Shown: in pieces, positions 15,159 to 22,988 of the stretch
How positions within the stretch are numbered: position 1 is the first letter of the stretch
Layout: every line of letters begins with the position of its first letter
Assembly: GCF_000017945.1 (NCBI RefSeq)
Contig: NC_009776.1
Span: forward strand, 1,230,001 to 1,262,000
Origin: Ignicoccus hospitalis KIN4/I
GTDB taxonomy: Archaea; Thermoproteota; Thermoprotei_A; Sulfolobales; Ignicoccaceae
Length of the DNA: 32,000 bases
Reading direction: 5' to 3'
Made by a program: the position numbers and the translations under genes
Notes under the pieces: generated by a model
What the model was told of the DNA's origin: nothing
Databases searched by the model: none
What the model saw: only the letters and a program-made list of their open reading frames with translations

Positions 15159-17795
15159 ATGAAGGCCCAATTATTGAAGCTAGAGTTAAGAAACTTCCTT
15201 TCGTACGAGAACTTAGAAGTGCGCATACCGGAAGGCGTGGTAGTCGTAGTGGGTCCCAACGGCGCTGGTAAGAGCAGCTTTGTGGACGCCATAGCCTACG
15301 CCCTGACGAGCGCCGCGGTGAGCCGAAAGGTCACCAACAAGGAGCTGATTAATTACGGCGCCAAGAGCGCCGAGGTGGTCCTTACCTTCTCCGCGTCAAA
15401 TAAGGTATACGAAGTGAAGAGGGCTATAGGAGTTGGAAACTCTGTACAAGCCGTCCTAAAGGAGGGCGGCAAACTATACGCCTCGGGCTCTCAAGCCGTA
15501 AACAAAGCCATAGCTTCCTTATTGGGATTCGGAGACGTCAAAGCGCTGCGTGAAACCGTCTTCGTACCCCAGGGAAAATTGACCGAGTTGGTGGAGTTGA
15601 GTCCTTCGGAATTGAAGAACAAGGTTCTAGAGTTGCTGGGAGTTAGAGACAAGGAAGCCGTCGAAGCTTCTCTGAGAGAAATAATAAACTACTATAAGGG
15701 CACCGCATCCAACTTGGTGAACGTTCAAAGGACGTATGAAAAGTATAAGAAAGAGTTGAATAGCGAAATGAACAGGATAAAGGAATTACAAGAGAAGCTG
15801 CCGTTGCTCAAGGAAGAGCTCCGCATGGTCGAGGACAAACTGAACGACTTAAGGTCTGAACTTAACGAGCTTAAAGAGAAGAAGGCCAAATACCAAAAGG
15901 TTAAGGCCCAACTAATGAAAGTCCAAGAGGAGTTGAGGACGCTAATTGGAGAACTTGAAGCTCTTAGCGACCTCGACGAAGCTGAGCTAAACTTGCTGAG
16001 GTCCAAGCTAGTTAAGGTTAAGGACCTAAGCCTGATTAAAGAGCGCCTCGAAAACGAACTGAAAGCCATAAAGAGTAAGAAAGAGCTCTTAGCCAAAAGA
16101 GAGGCCGTTAAATCCGAGCTGCGCAAGCTCAAGGACTTGGAGAGGAGAAGGGATGAGCTTTCAAAGAAGTTAGACGAAATGTTGGAAAGGCGTCAATTAC
16201 TCGTCATGAAGTTGGGAACGCTTGAAAAAGAGGTGGAGGAAATAGAGAAAGAAATCAAAAGGATTGAGAAGAACTATGTCGTGTTGGAGAGGGAGTTGGA
16301 CGGCCTTACGATCAGCGACCTCGAGCAACGGGTTACAGAGCTCGAAAAGATGTACGAGAACGTCAAGAAAGAGCTAGAGGAGGTCACTAACGAGAGAAGG
16401 CTCGTCGAAGTAATGTTGGACGAAAGGCGCCGCGCAATAGAGATGCTAAGGGGGAGGGACTCCTGCCCGGTCTGCGGGTCCCCACTCCCTCCCGAAAGGC
16501 GGGAGTCCCTCATAAGGCGCTACGCCGAGGAAGTCGCGAAGTTTGAAGAAAAGCTGACCGAGTTGAAAGCTAGAGAGAAGAGGTTGGAAACGGAAGCACG
16601 GCTCTTGGAGTCTAGGCTAGAGAAGCTCAAGAGGGCTTTGGACAAGGCGCGCGCCCGATTGGAGAGCCTAGGCTTCGAAGACCTAGACGCATTAGGACTT
16701 TATTTAGCTGACTTGAAAAAGAGGTTTAACGAACTGAAAGAACAATTATCGCGAACTAGGGCTTCGGTCGAGCATTACGACAAGCTGGTCAAAGAAGTTA
16801 AGGAAGAGCTAAGCGCCGTGACGGCCCAACTAGAGGAGCTAAAAAGGAAGGAGGGGATGCTCAGACAAATAGAACATCAGCTAGAAGAGCTACGAGGAGT
16901 AGACGCAAGCAAAGAAGAAGAGGTAGAGAAGCGCTTGAGCGAAATAAAGAAAGAGTTGGAAGTGCTTGGCTCACCAGAAGAGCTCGAAAGGAGAATAGCG
17001 GAGCTGGAGAGGTTAGCCTCCAAGAAAAAGGAGCTAAGCGCCGCAGCAGAGCTCAAGAGGAGAGAGGAGGCTGAGCTGAAGAGAGAGTTAGCCTCGCTGG
17101 GCTTCGACGAAGCCTCATTAGAACGGCTAGCGCGAGAGGTCGAGGCCTTGGAAAGGAAGAGGGACGCCCTCCTCCGCAACATATCAGAAACGGAGGCAAA
17201 AATAATGGAAACTAGGCGGAACGTAGCGAAGCTGAGAGAGGAGCTAAACAGGTACCAGAATGAGATAGAAAAGCTTAGGGCGTACGAACAATACGCCATC
17301 TTCCTTGAGGAGTTCAGAAAAACCTTCTCCACCGTCATTATAGACAAACTGACTGAGAGCTTCAGAAAGGCGTGGGAGGAGGAAGCGAACAGAATATTAG
17401 ATATGTTCGACCTTAACGTAAAGAAGGTGGAGATAAAGGAGATAATTGAAAAGAGGAAGAAGGGGTGGACGATAAGGGCGGTACTAGACGGCGGCGCGAG
17501 GGTGACCGTGGACTCCCTCTCCGGAGGCGAGAGGGTCGGGGTCGCCTTGGCTCTGAGGCTCTCGTTAGCGAAGCTCCTCTCTCGCGGGAGGATATCCTTC
17601 TTGATAATGGACGAGCCAACAGCCTACTTGGACTCCGAAAGGAGGCAAGCTTTGAAGAAGATAATCTCGTACGCCGTCGGCCCCTCTTTGACCCAAATGA
17701 TAGTTGTGACTCACGACAGAGAGATGATGGATATTGCCGACTCCGCATGTCACGTTAGAAGGACCCCCAAGGGTTCTACGATTACGTGCGAATGA
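15159..17795 (+). CDS. rad50: Rad50-type SMC-family ATPase with central zinc hook
   Basis: Walker A GPNGAGKSSFVDAI. Long heptad-rich coiled coils. CPVC hook at the midpoint (aa 436 of 878; 16464-16475). Signature LSGGERVGVALALRLSLA. Walker B FLIMDEPTAYLD. D-loop/His region VVTHD. No mre11, herA or nurA lies adjacent. Confidence 0.8.
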   Translation: MKAQLLKLELRNFLSYENLEVRIPEGVVVVVGPNGAGKSSFVDAIAYALTSAAVSRKVTNKELINYGAKSAEVVLTFSASNKVYEVKRAIGVGNSVQAVLKEGGKLYASGSQAVNKAIASLLGFGDVKALRETVFVPQGKLTELVELSPSELKNKVLELLGVRDKEAVEASLREIINYYKGTASNLVNVQRTYEKYKKELNSEMNRIKELQEKLPLLKEELRMVEDKLNDLRSELNELKEKKAKYQKVKAQLMKVQEELRTLIGELEALSDLDEAELNLLRSKLVKVKDLSLIKERLENELKAIKSKKELLAKREAVKSELRKLKDLERRRDELSKKLDEMLERRQLLVMKLGTLEKEVEEIEKEIKRIEKNYVVLERELDGLTISDLEQRVTELEKMYENVKKELEEVTNERRLVEVMLDERRRAIEMLRGRDSCPVCGSPLPPERRESLIRRYAEEVAKFEEKLTELKAREKRLETEARLLESRLEKLKRALDKARARLESLGFEDLDALGLYLADLKKRFNELKEQLSRTRASVEHYDKLVKEVKEELSAVTAQLEELKRKEGMLRQIEHQLEELRGVDASKEEEVEKRLSEIKKELEVLGSPEELERRIAELERLASKKKELSAAAELKRREEAELKRELASLGFDEASLERLAREVEALERKRDALLRNISETEAKIMETRRNVAKLREELNRYQNEIEKLRAYEQYAIFLEEFRKTFSTVIIDKLTESFRKAWEEEANRILDMFDLNVKKVEIKEIIEKRKKGWTIRAVLDGGARVTVDSLSGGERVGVALALRLSLAKLLSRGRISFLIMDEPTAYLDSERRQALKKIISYAVGPSLTQMIVVTHDREMMDIADSACHVRRTPKGSTITCE

Positions 17796-18291
17796 TCCTC
17801 TCCCGAGCGAGCGCGAGCAGCTTCCTAAGCGTCTTTTCTCCGACGTTATACCTTTTGCTCACCTCCCTGACGTTCTTCCCGTTGACTACGTAGGCACATA
17901 CCAACGCCATCAAGTGCTTGCTCCTCTTAGGCCTCGCAGACAAGACTGGGTCCCTCTCTATTAGTTTGAGATAATATTCGAAGTCCGTCCTCAACTCCGC
18001 TGGTACCTCCGGCAAACGTTCGACCTTTTCCAAGCTCTTCACGGTCTTATTCGTGAGGCCTAACTTGTACTGAACAAAGGTGCCGCGCACGTCTCTGTAG
18101 CCCCTCTCGTTGAGTTCCTTCACTATCTCAGTTCCCTTGAGAAGCGCTCTCTCTTCCTCACTAATCTTACTACCAACCCTCTTGTCGGCGAAGCGCTCCT
18201 CCGAAACGTAAAAGTCCACGATATAATCGACGACTTCTCCGGTCTCGATATCTATCACTACCCCGTTCTCGTAGTCCCACACCAACCTCAT
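17782..18291 (-). CDS. truncated TFB/TFIIB-like protein with a Cys-less ribbon-like N-terminus and one cyclin/HTH-like repeat
   Basis: LVWDYENGVVIDIETGEVVDYIVD resembles the TFB zinc-ribbon hairpin (compare Sulfolobus TFB1 IIFDAERGEYICSETGEVLED, as I recall it) but has no Cys ligands. The C-terminal HLMALVCAYVVNGKNVREVSKRYNVGEKTLRKLLALARE resembles a TFB cyclin-repeat helix-turn-helix. ATG 18291 is preferred because TTAATTACTATAT (minus strand, 18318-18330) lies about 27 nt upstream. The longest ORF starts at TTG 18333. It overlaps the convergent rad50 end by 14 nt. Confidence 0.4.
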   Translation of the reverse strand: MRLVWDYENGVVIDIETGEVVDYIVDFYVSEERFADKRVGSKISEEERALLKGTEIVKELNERGYRDVRGTFVQYKLGLTNKTVKSLEKVERLPEVPAELRTDFEYYLKLIERDPVLSARPKRSKHLMALVCAYVVNGKNVREVSKRYNVGEKTLRKLLALARERIIRT

Positions 18292-18417
18292 ATCGCTCTC
18301 CGTGCATTTGTTTTGAGATATAGTAATTAACAAGTAGGTACACTCTGTACCGGGAGAGGGTAGCTAGACGAAAGTGTTAAGGCTCTCGCGACGCGGCGAG
18401 GAGCGGGAAGGCGCAGA

Positions 18418-19353
18418 TTGCATCTGAAAGGCCGCAGCATGTTGACGTTGCTGGATTTCGCCGAGGACGAAATAAAATTCATCGTAGATACCGCCCTGCA
18501 GATGAAGAGGGAGAACTACGCCGGGAGGCGGTACTGGGGCCTCTTAGAAGGTCGTCACTTGGCCTTGTTGTTCGAAAAGCCCAGCACGAGGACCAGAGTG
18601 GCCTTCGAAGTCGCAGCGAGTCAGCTGGGCATGAGCGTAAGCTACGTAACGAAGTCTGACAGCCAGCTGTCAAGGGGGGAACCCCTCAAGGACGCCGCGA
18701 GGGTCCTAGGAAGGTACGTAGACGCTATAGCGGCCAGGGTGAAGAGGCACGAAGACCTAGAAACCCTGGTCGAGCACTCGGGCGTCCCAGTCATAAACGC
18801 TCTAAGCGATAAGTTCCACCCGACCCAAGCGATAGCAGACGTGATGACCATACTGGAAAAGTTGGGCAGAGTCCGCGGGGTAAAGATAGCCTTCGTGGGA
18901 GACGGGGCCGACAACGTGGCCCACAGCCTAGCCCTAGCGGCGACCAGCTTGGGCGCCGACGTAAGAATAGTAACTGCTCCCGGGTACGAGCCGCTGGACG
19001 CGGTGATCGCAGCCGCTGAGGAGAGGGCCCGGAGGAGCGGGGGGAGCTTCGAGCTCGTGTACGACCCTTGTAAAGGGGTGAAAGGGGCAGACGTCGTGTA
19101 TACTGACGTGTGGGTGAGCATGGGTCTCGAGGCGGAGAGGGAGAAGAGGCTTAGGGACTTAAGACCTTACCAAGTCAACTCAGAGCTCTTGAAGTGCGTA
19201 GGAAAGGACTACATATTCATGCACTGTTTACCCGCGCACAGGGGCGAGGAGGTAACCGAAGAGGTCTTGGAGTCCAGCAGAAGCGTCGTGTGGGATCAAG
19301 CTGAAAACAAGCTCCATGCTCAGAGAGCGGTCTTGGCCCTTTTGGTCCCCTAA
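18418..19353 (+). CDS. argF: ornithine carbamoyltransferase
   Basis: FEKPSTRTRVAFE (carbamoyl-phosphate site), HPTQ, DVWVSMG and HCLPAHRGEEV (the ornithine-specific HCLP motif, rather than the HPLPR of aspartate carbamoyltransferase). The TTG start gives HLKGRSMLTLLDF, which matches typical OTC N-termini. Confidence 0.9.
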   Translation: MHLKGRSMLTLLDFAEDEIKFIVDTALQMKRENYAGRRYWGLLEGRHLALLFEKPSTRTRVAFEVAASQLGMSVSYVTKSDSQLSRGEPLKDAARVLGRYVDAIAARVKRHEDLETLVEHSGVPVINALSDKFHPTQAIADVMTILEKLGRVRGVKIAFVGDGADNVAHSLALAATSLGADVRIVTAPGYEPLDAVIAAAEERARRSGGSFELVYDPCKGVKGADVVYTDVWVSMGLEAEREKRLRDLRPYQVNSELLKCVGKDYIFMHCLPAHRGEEVTEEVLESSRSVVWDQAENKLHAQRAVLALLVP

Positions 19354-20147
19354 TCCTTCAAGGTTATCCAACGGGTAAAGGAGTCAGAGAACAAGTGCTT
19401 CGGCCTCTTACCACAACACCACAAGAAGGCGCCCAGCGCTCCGGAGTACTTCCCGCAAGCCTCGCTGGGGCAGAGTACCTCCTCTCCCACGAAAGTTGGT
19501 CGGTAGAAATCGAGCCACGCCTCCACGACCCTCTCGTCAACGCCGGAGCGCAGTATGGAGCCCTTATCCTTGGGCCATTCCTTATAGATCAATAACAGCT
19601 CGGCGTCCACCAACCCTGGCGAACAACGGCCGGGCATGCCTCTAGTTGCGCTCACGAACTTCGTGATAGCTCCGTCCTCCACGTACAGTATACTCACAAA
19701 GCAACCCTTATCTACCATCGTGAAGGTCCTCTTCCCGTTATGTATCAAGTAGTTTGCCTTAGCCACCTTGTCAGGGGTGCCGCTGTCCAAGGCGTTTATC
19801 AAAAGGCCCTCGGGCACCTCGCCCGAGGCCCCGGCGGAGGGGAGCAAGGTCGTTTCGAAGTAAGCGAGCGCAGCGGTCAAGAGTCTTCGAAGGCCGTGGG
19901 TCTCCTCTCTCCCGGCGTTTGGCACTACCTCGTCGTACAGCCTGGAAAGGGCTTCGTGGTCCTTAACCTCTCTCCACTGATAGCCCCCCGCCAAGCAGAG
20001 CTCCTTTACCCCTATACCCTTTAAGAACTTCAGTGCCTCTTCGATCTCATTTTTAGAGAACTCGAGGTACCCTAAGACGTGTGGGCACCTACCGTAGACC
20101 GCTCGTATGCCCCTCGTCCCTACGTCTACTCCCGCCGAGGTGGGCAA
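19350..20147 (-). CDS. hypothetical protein, possibly an ASKHA-fold (actin/sugar-kinase-like, DUF1464-like) ATPase
   Basis: The only recognisable element is the N-terminal AGVDVGTRGIRAV, which resembles the phosphate-1 motif (G-x-D-x-G-T). TTG start. It overlaps the upstream ORF by 59 nt and the argF end by 4 nt (convergent). Confidence 0.25.
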   Translation of the reverse strand: MPTSAGVDVGTRGIRAVYGRCPHVLGYLEFSKNEIEEALKFLKGIGVKELCLAGGYQWREVKDHEALSRLYDEVVPNAGREETHGLRRLLTAALAYFETTLLPSAGASGEVPEGLLINALDSGTPDKVAKANYLIHNGKRTFTMVDKGCFVSILYVEDGAITKFVSATRGMPGRCSPGLVDAELLLIYKEWPKDKGSILRSGVDERVVEAWLDFYRPTFVGEEVLCPSEACGKYSGALGAFLWCCGKRPKHLFSDSFTRWITLKD

Positions 20148-20559
20148 ACGGGTTCTCCCTCTTAACTGGTAAGTTTAAGTATTTGAAGACGCTGCTGACG
20201 AAGTAGTGGTACGCCGGGTCGCCGTAGGAGGACCTCAGCTTGAGCTTCCGGTAGGAGGCCTTGTAAACCAGTTTGCCCCTGTCGTAAACCTCCGCCGAAC
20301 CAGAGACTCGGTCCCGCGCGTTCTTCTTGAGCTCTAAGACGACAACCACCTCCTCCCCCTTGTAAGGGACGCTGACCTCTCCCCCTCGGCCCCGCGAGTA
20401 GACCTCGGGCTTGCCCTCCGGTGGTTGGTACTCGGCGACTACCCTCCCGGAGTGATCCACTACGAAGGCCAATCTCAAGAAGGCGTGTTTGCCGGACTTG
20501 CTCTTGGAGCGTTCCAGCCACACGGGCAACACGAACTCAGCTCGGCTTTTCTTCATCAT
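20089..20559 (-). CDS. hypothetical protein (beta-rich, basic)
   Basis: ATG-initiated 156-aa ORF with coding-like composition (MMKKSRAEFVLPVWLER...). No motif recognised. Its C-terminal roughly 20 aa overlap the next gene. Confidence 0.35.
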   Translation of the reverse strand: MMKKSRAEFVLPVWLERSKSKSGKHAFLRLAFVVDHSGRVVAEYQPPEGKPEVYSRGRGGEVSVPYKGEEVVVVLELKKNARDRVSGSAEVYDRGKLVYKASYRKLKLRSSYGDPAYHYFVSSVFKYLNLPVKRENPFAHLGGSRRRDEGHTSGLR

Positions 20560-20611
20560 TGGTCTCAGCCAACCCTGCGGACTTCATCGTTCAATAAAGG
20601 CGTAGCTCTCA

Positions 20612-20621
20612 AAATTTATAA
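20612..20621 (+). promoter_or_regulatory. TATA box for tRNA-Ile
   Basis: aaatttataa ends 23 nt before the mature tRNA 5' end at 20644. Confidence 0.55.
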
Positions 20622-20643
20622 GGTGATCGTAGTCACCTTCGGC

Positions 20644-20717
20644 GGGCCCGTAGCTTAGCCCGGCAGAGCGCCCGGCTGATAACCGGGAGGCCGGGGGTTC
20701 AAATCCCCCCGGGCCCA
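20644..20717 (+). tRNA. tRNA-Ile (anticodon GAU), no encoded CCA
   Basis: GGGCCCGTAGCTTAGCCCGGCAGAGCGCCCGGCTGATAACCGGGAGGCCGGGGGTTCAAATCCCCCCGGGCCCA. Acceptor GGGCCCG/CGGGCCC, anticodon stem CCCGG/CCGGG, loop CTGATAA (GAT at 20678-20680) and T arm GGGGG-TTCAAAT-CCCCC. Confidence 0.93.
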
Positions 20718-20760
20718 CTAAACCTCCCGCCCAATCACCTCAAAGCGGGAAGGAGAGGCT

Positions 20761-21969
20761 TTGCCCGGCTTGAAGAAGCTACACCCCGTCCCCTACGTGA
20801 TTGACGAAATAAGCAAGAGGTTGGGCCCCGCACCGCTCGAGAGGATCAAGACAGTAGAATCAGTGGGCATGTTCTCGGGCTCAGACGTGAGGGCCTCACA
20901 AGACGTCCCTCCAGAAGACAAGGCCGTCTTGGACGGGTTCGCGGTGAACAGCGAATTCGTAGAGGACTGCAGCGAGACGTCGCCGTGTAAGTTGAAGTTG
21001 TGTGGGGAGGCTGAGGGCGGCTGTGCGGTCCCGGTCAACACGGGTAACCCCTTGCCGCCGGGAGCTGACACGGTAGTGCCCATCGAGGCTTGTAAGGTCG
21101 AGGACGGCGAGGTATACGTCTTCCGCCCCTTCCCGCCGGGCAACGCGATAGCGAAGAGGGGGGAGGACCTAAAGTCTGGGGACACAATAATAACGAAAGG
21201 AACGTACCTCAGGCCTTGGCACGTGGCCGCCTTGTTATCTCAAGGGGTAGTCGAGGTAGACGTGGTAGCGCCCAAAATAGCCTTAGCGGCCACGGGTTCG
21301 GAATTGGTAGAGCCGTGGGAGGAGAGGGAAGGCGTGAAGAACACCACGGCGTGGCTGGCCTCCTCTTTCTTTAAAGAGAGGATGGGCATCAAAGTGGATT
21401 ACTTCGGCATAATTGAAGACGACAAAGAAGCTATAAGAGAGTTCTTCGAGAAGAAGGTGAAGGAGGGCTACGACATTGTAATGACCACCGGGGGGACCTC
21501 CGTCGGTCGCGTCGACTTCACCTCGTCCGCGCTGAAAGAGGTCTCTGAGTTCAGCCTTCACGGCGTCGCCCTCACCCCGGGCAGGCCCCTCGCCGTGGGG
21601 GTGAGCGAGGGCGGCAAGCTGTTGGTAGCCCTTTCCGGCTACCCCGTGGCCGCGCTCAGCGAGCTTGAGGTCGTCGTGTGGAACATCCTAAAGAGGGCTT
21701 GGGGTCTCAAGGAGCCCCCGAGGCCCAAGGTTAAGGCGAAGCTGGCTAGGAGGCTGCCGGTCCAACCCAACATGGTCCACGTCTACAGGGTAGTCGTGAG
21801 GAAGGTCGGTGAGGAGTACGTCGTAGAGCCCTTGAGGCTCACGGGTTCGGGTATTCTCTCGTCACTACTCAAGGGAAACGGGATCTTGGTGGCGGGTCTC
21901 AAGGGCGAGACCGGGTACGACGTGGGCGCCGAAGTCGAGGTAGAGTTGATCTCCGAGGTGTTAGAGTGA
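20761..21969 (+). CDS. moeA: molybdopterin molybdenumtransferase MoeA
   Basis: LDGFAV, VNTGNPLPPGADTVVPIE, MTTGGTSVGRVDF and LTPGRPL are MoeA/gephyrin-E signatures. The TTG start follows GGAAGGAGAGG. Confidence 0.85.
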   Translation: MPGLKKLHPVPYVIDEISKRLGPAPLERIKTVESVGMFSGSDVRASQDVPPEDKAVLDGFAVNSEFVEDCSETSPCKLKLCGEAEGGCAVPVNTGNPLPPGADTVVPIEACKVEDGEVYVFRPFPPGNAIAKRGEDLKSGDTIITKGTYLRPWHVAALLSQGVVEVDVVAPKIALAATGSELVEPWEEREGVKNTTAWLASSFFKERMGIKVDYFGIIEDDKEAIREFFEKKVKEGYDIVMTTGGTSVGRVDFTSSALKEVSEFSLHGVALTPGRPLAVGVSEGGKLLVALSGYPVAALSELEVVVWNILKRAWGLKEPPRPKVKAKLARRLPVQPNMVHVYRVVVRKVGEEYVVEPLRLTGSGILSSLLKGNGILVAGLKGETGYDVGAEVEVELISEVLE

Positions 21970-21981
21970 GTGGTCAACTCG

Positions 21982-22098
21982 TGGCGCCGGGGGCGGGATT
22001 CGAACCCGCGCGCCCCTGATTGGGGCAGTGGGTCTCTCGGTCGCTTCGGGCGCTGGAGGTCTCGAGCCCACCCCCTTGGGCCGCTCGGGCACCCCGGC
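21982..22098 (-). tRNA. tRNA-Ser (anticodon CGA) with a 27-nt intron after position 37, CCA encoded
   Basis: The minus strand reads GCCGGGGTGCCCGAGCGGCCCAAGGGGGTGGGCTCGAG[ACCTCCAGCGCCCGAAGCGACCGAGAG]ACCCACTGCCCCAATCAGGGGCGCGCGGGTTCGAATCCCGCCCCCGGCGCCA. The anticodon CGA is at 22064-22062. The spliced loop is CTCGAGA between stem GTGGG/CCCAC. Confidence 0.88.
22034..22060 (-). other. tRNA intron in a bulge-helix-bulge-like context
   Basis: A central 4-bp helix CUCG/CGAG includes the anticodon. It is flanked by two 3-nt AGA bulges on opposite strands, next to the anticodon stem. Symmetric cuts after AG in each bulge give a canonical 7-nt loop. Confidence 0.7.
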
Positions 22099-22120
22099 GT
22101 TGTGAGCTCAGCGGCTTCCC

Positions 22121-22130
22121 CTTATTAAGT
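22121..22130 (-). promoter_or_regulatory. TATA-like box for tRNA-Ser(CGA) (ACTTAATAAG on the minus strand), overlapping the nadE stop codon
   Basis: The box ends 23 nt upstream of the tRNA 5' end at 22098. The nadE TAA is at 22125-22127. Confidence 0.5.
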
Positions 22131-22952
22131 TAGCAGCGCATCCGCCTCCTCGACGAACTCGAAGGCTGTCCTTCTCGTTACTTTGACGATTGGAGGAGTT
22201 ATGAGTTTATGCTTATTTAACTTTATCCTTTGGATTATTCTGTCCACGATTTCTTTGTCTACTCCTAACCTCTCCACTATTTCTTGGGGCCTCATACCGT
22301 TCTCAACGAGATTGTAGAGGACCACGTCGGCTACCTCGTAACTAAAGCCCAACTCCTCCTCAGCCAAATGGCCGGGCCAGAGGCGGGGGCTCGAAGGCTT
22401 CAATGCCACGTCCTCCGGCAAGCCCATGTGCAACGCGAGCTTCCTTACCCAGGTCTTGTAAAGGTCCCCTATGGGGAAGACGTCCGCACAGCCGTCGCCG
22501 CACTTGGTGAAGTAGCCCAACAAGAACTCGCTCTTGTCCCCGGTGCCTACGACTATGCCGTCCTTGTGAGCTACGGCGTAGAGTATGGTCATCCTTATCC
22601 TTGCTAGGGTGTTGCCTCTCACGACCCTGTCGTCGACCTTTAGTAGGTCGTCGAAAGCTCGGAGGGCCGGCTCTACGTCAATCACTCTCACGTCCTCGAT
22701 GCCGAGGAGCCGGGCGACGCGCTTGGCGTCTTCCACGTCTTTCTCTGGTGTAGAGGCGGAGGGCAAGATAAGCGCTCGCACCCTCTCGGGGCCTAAAGCC
22801 TCGCTCAGTAACGCCGCAGTAACCGCGGAATCAACCCCGCCGCTAAGCCCTATTACGGCCACCCTCCCGGTTCGCTGGAAGAAATCCTTCAGCCACCCTA
22901 CTATCCTCTTCCTAACAGAGTCCCAGTCCGGCTCCGGCAGTTTCATTCTCAT
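22125..22952 (-). CDS. nadE: NH3-dependent NAD+ synthetase
   Basis: PP-loop motif VIGLSGGVDSAV, then GTGDKSE and a typical length of 275 aa. TTTATATTAA (minus strand, 22977-22986) ends 25 nt upstream of the ATG, suggesting a near-leaderless transcript. Confidence 0.88.
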   Translation of the reverse strand: MRMKLPEPDWDSVRKRIVGWLKDFFQRTGRVAVIGLSGGVDSAVTAALLSEALGPERVRALILPSASTPEKDVEDAKRVARLLGIEDVRVIDVEPALRAFDDLLKVDDRVVRGNTLARIRMTILYAVAHKDGIVVGTGDKSEFLLGYFTKCGDGCADVFPIGDLYKTWVRKLALHMGLPEDVALKPSSPRLWPGHLAEEELGFSYEVADVVLYNLVENGMRPQEIVERLGVDKEIVDRIIQRIKLNKHKLITPPIVKVTRRTAFEFVEEADALLT

Positions 22953-22988
22953 AACCGAGCCTTTGTAACTTGGTCCTTAATATAAAGC

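Noticed and set aside
14948-15292. ORFs 14948-15271 (+) and 15017-15292 (-)
   Set aside because: Both run through the tRNA-Ser(UGA) gene and the rad50 start. Their Arg/Gly/Pro-rich products are artefacts of GC-rich tRNA sequence.
15725-17748. Ser/Leu-rich minus-strand ORFs inside rad50 (15725-16132, 16274-16513, 16877-17347, 17413-17748)
   Set aside because: They are antisense shadows of the Glu/Lys/Leu-rich coiled-coil codons (GAG, AAG and CTC read backwards as Leu/Ser/Phe). They are low-complexity and have no start context.
18292-18333. TTG 18333 as the start of the TFB-like gene, which would add MLITISQNKCTESD
   Set aside because: The A/T-rich TTAATTACTATAT box would then lie inside the ORF. 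It sits about 27 nt upstream of ATG 18291, the usual geometry for a near-leaderless crenarchaeal transcript. I keep it only as an alternative.
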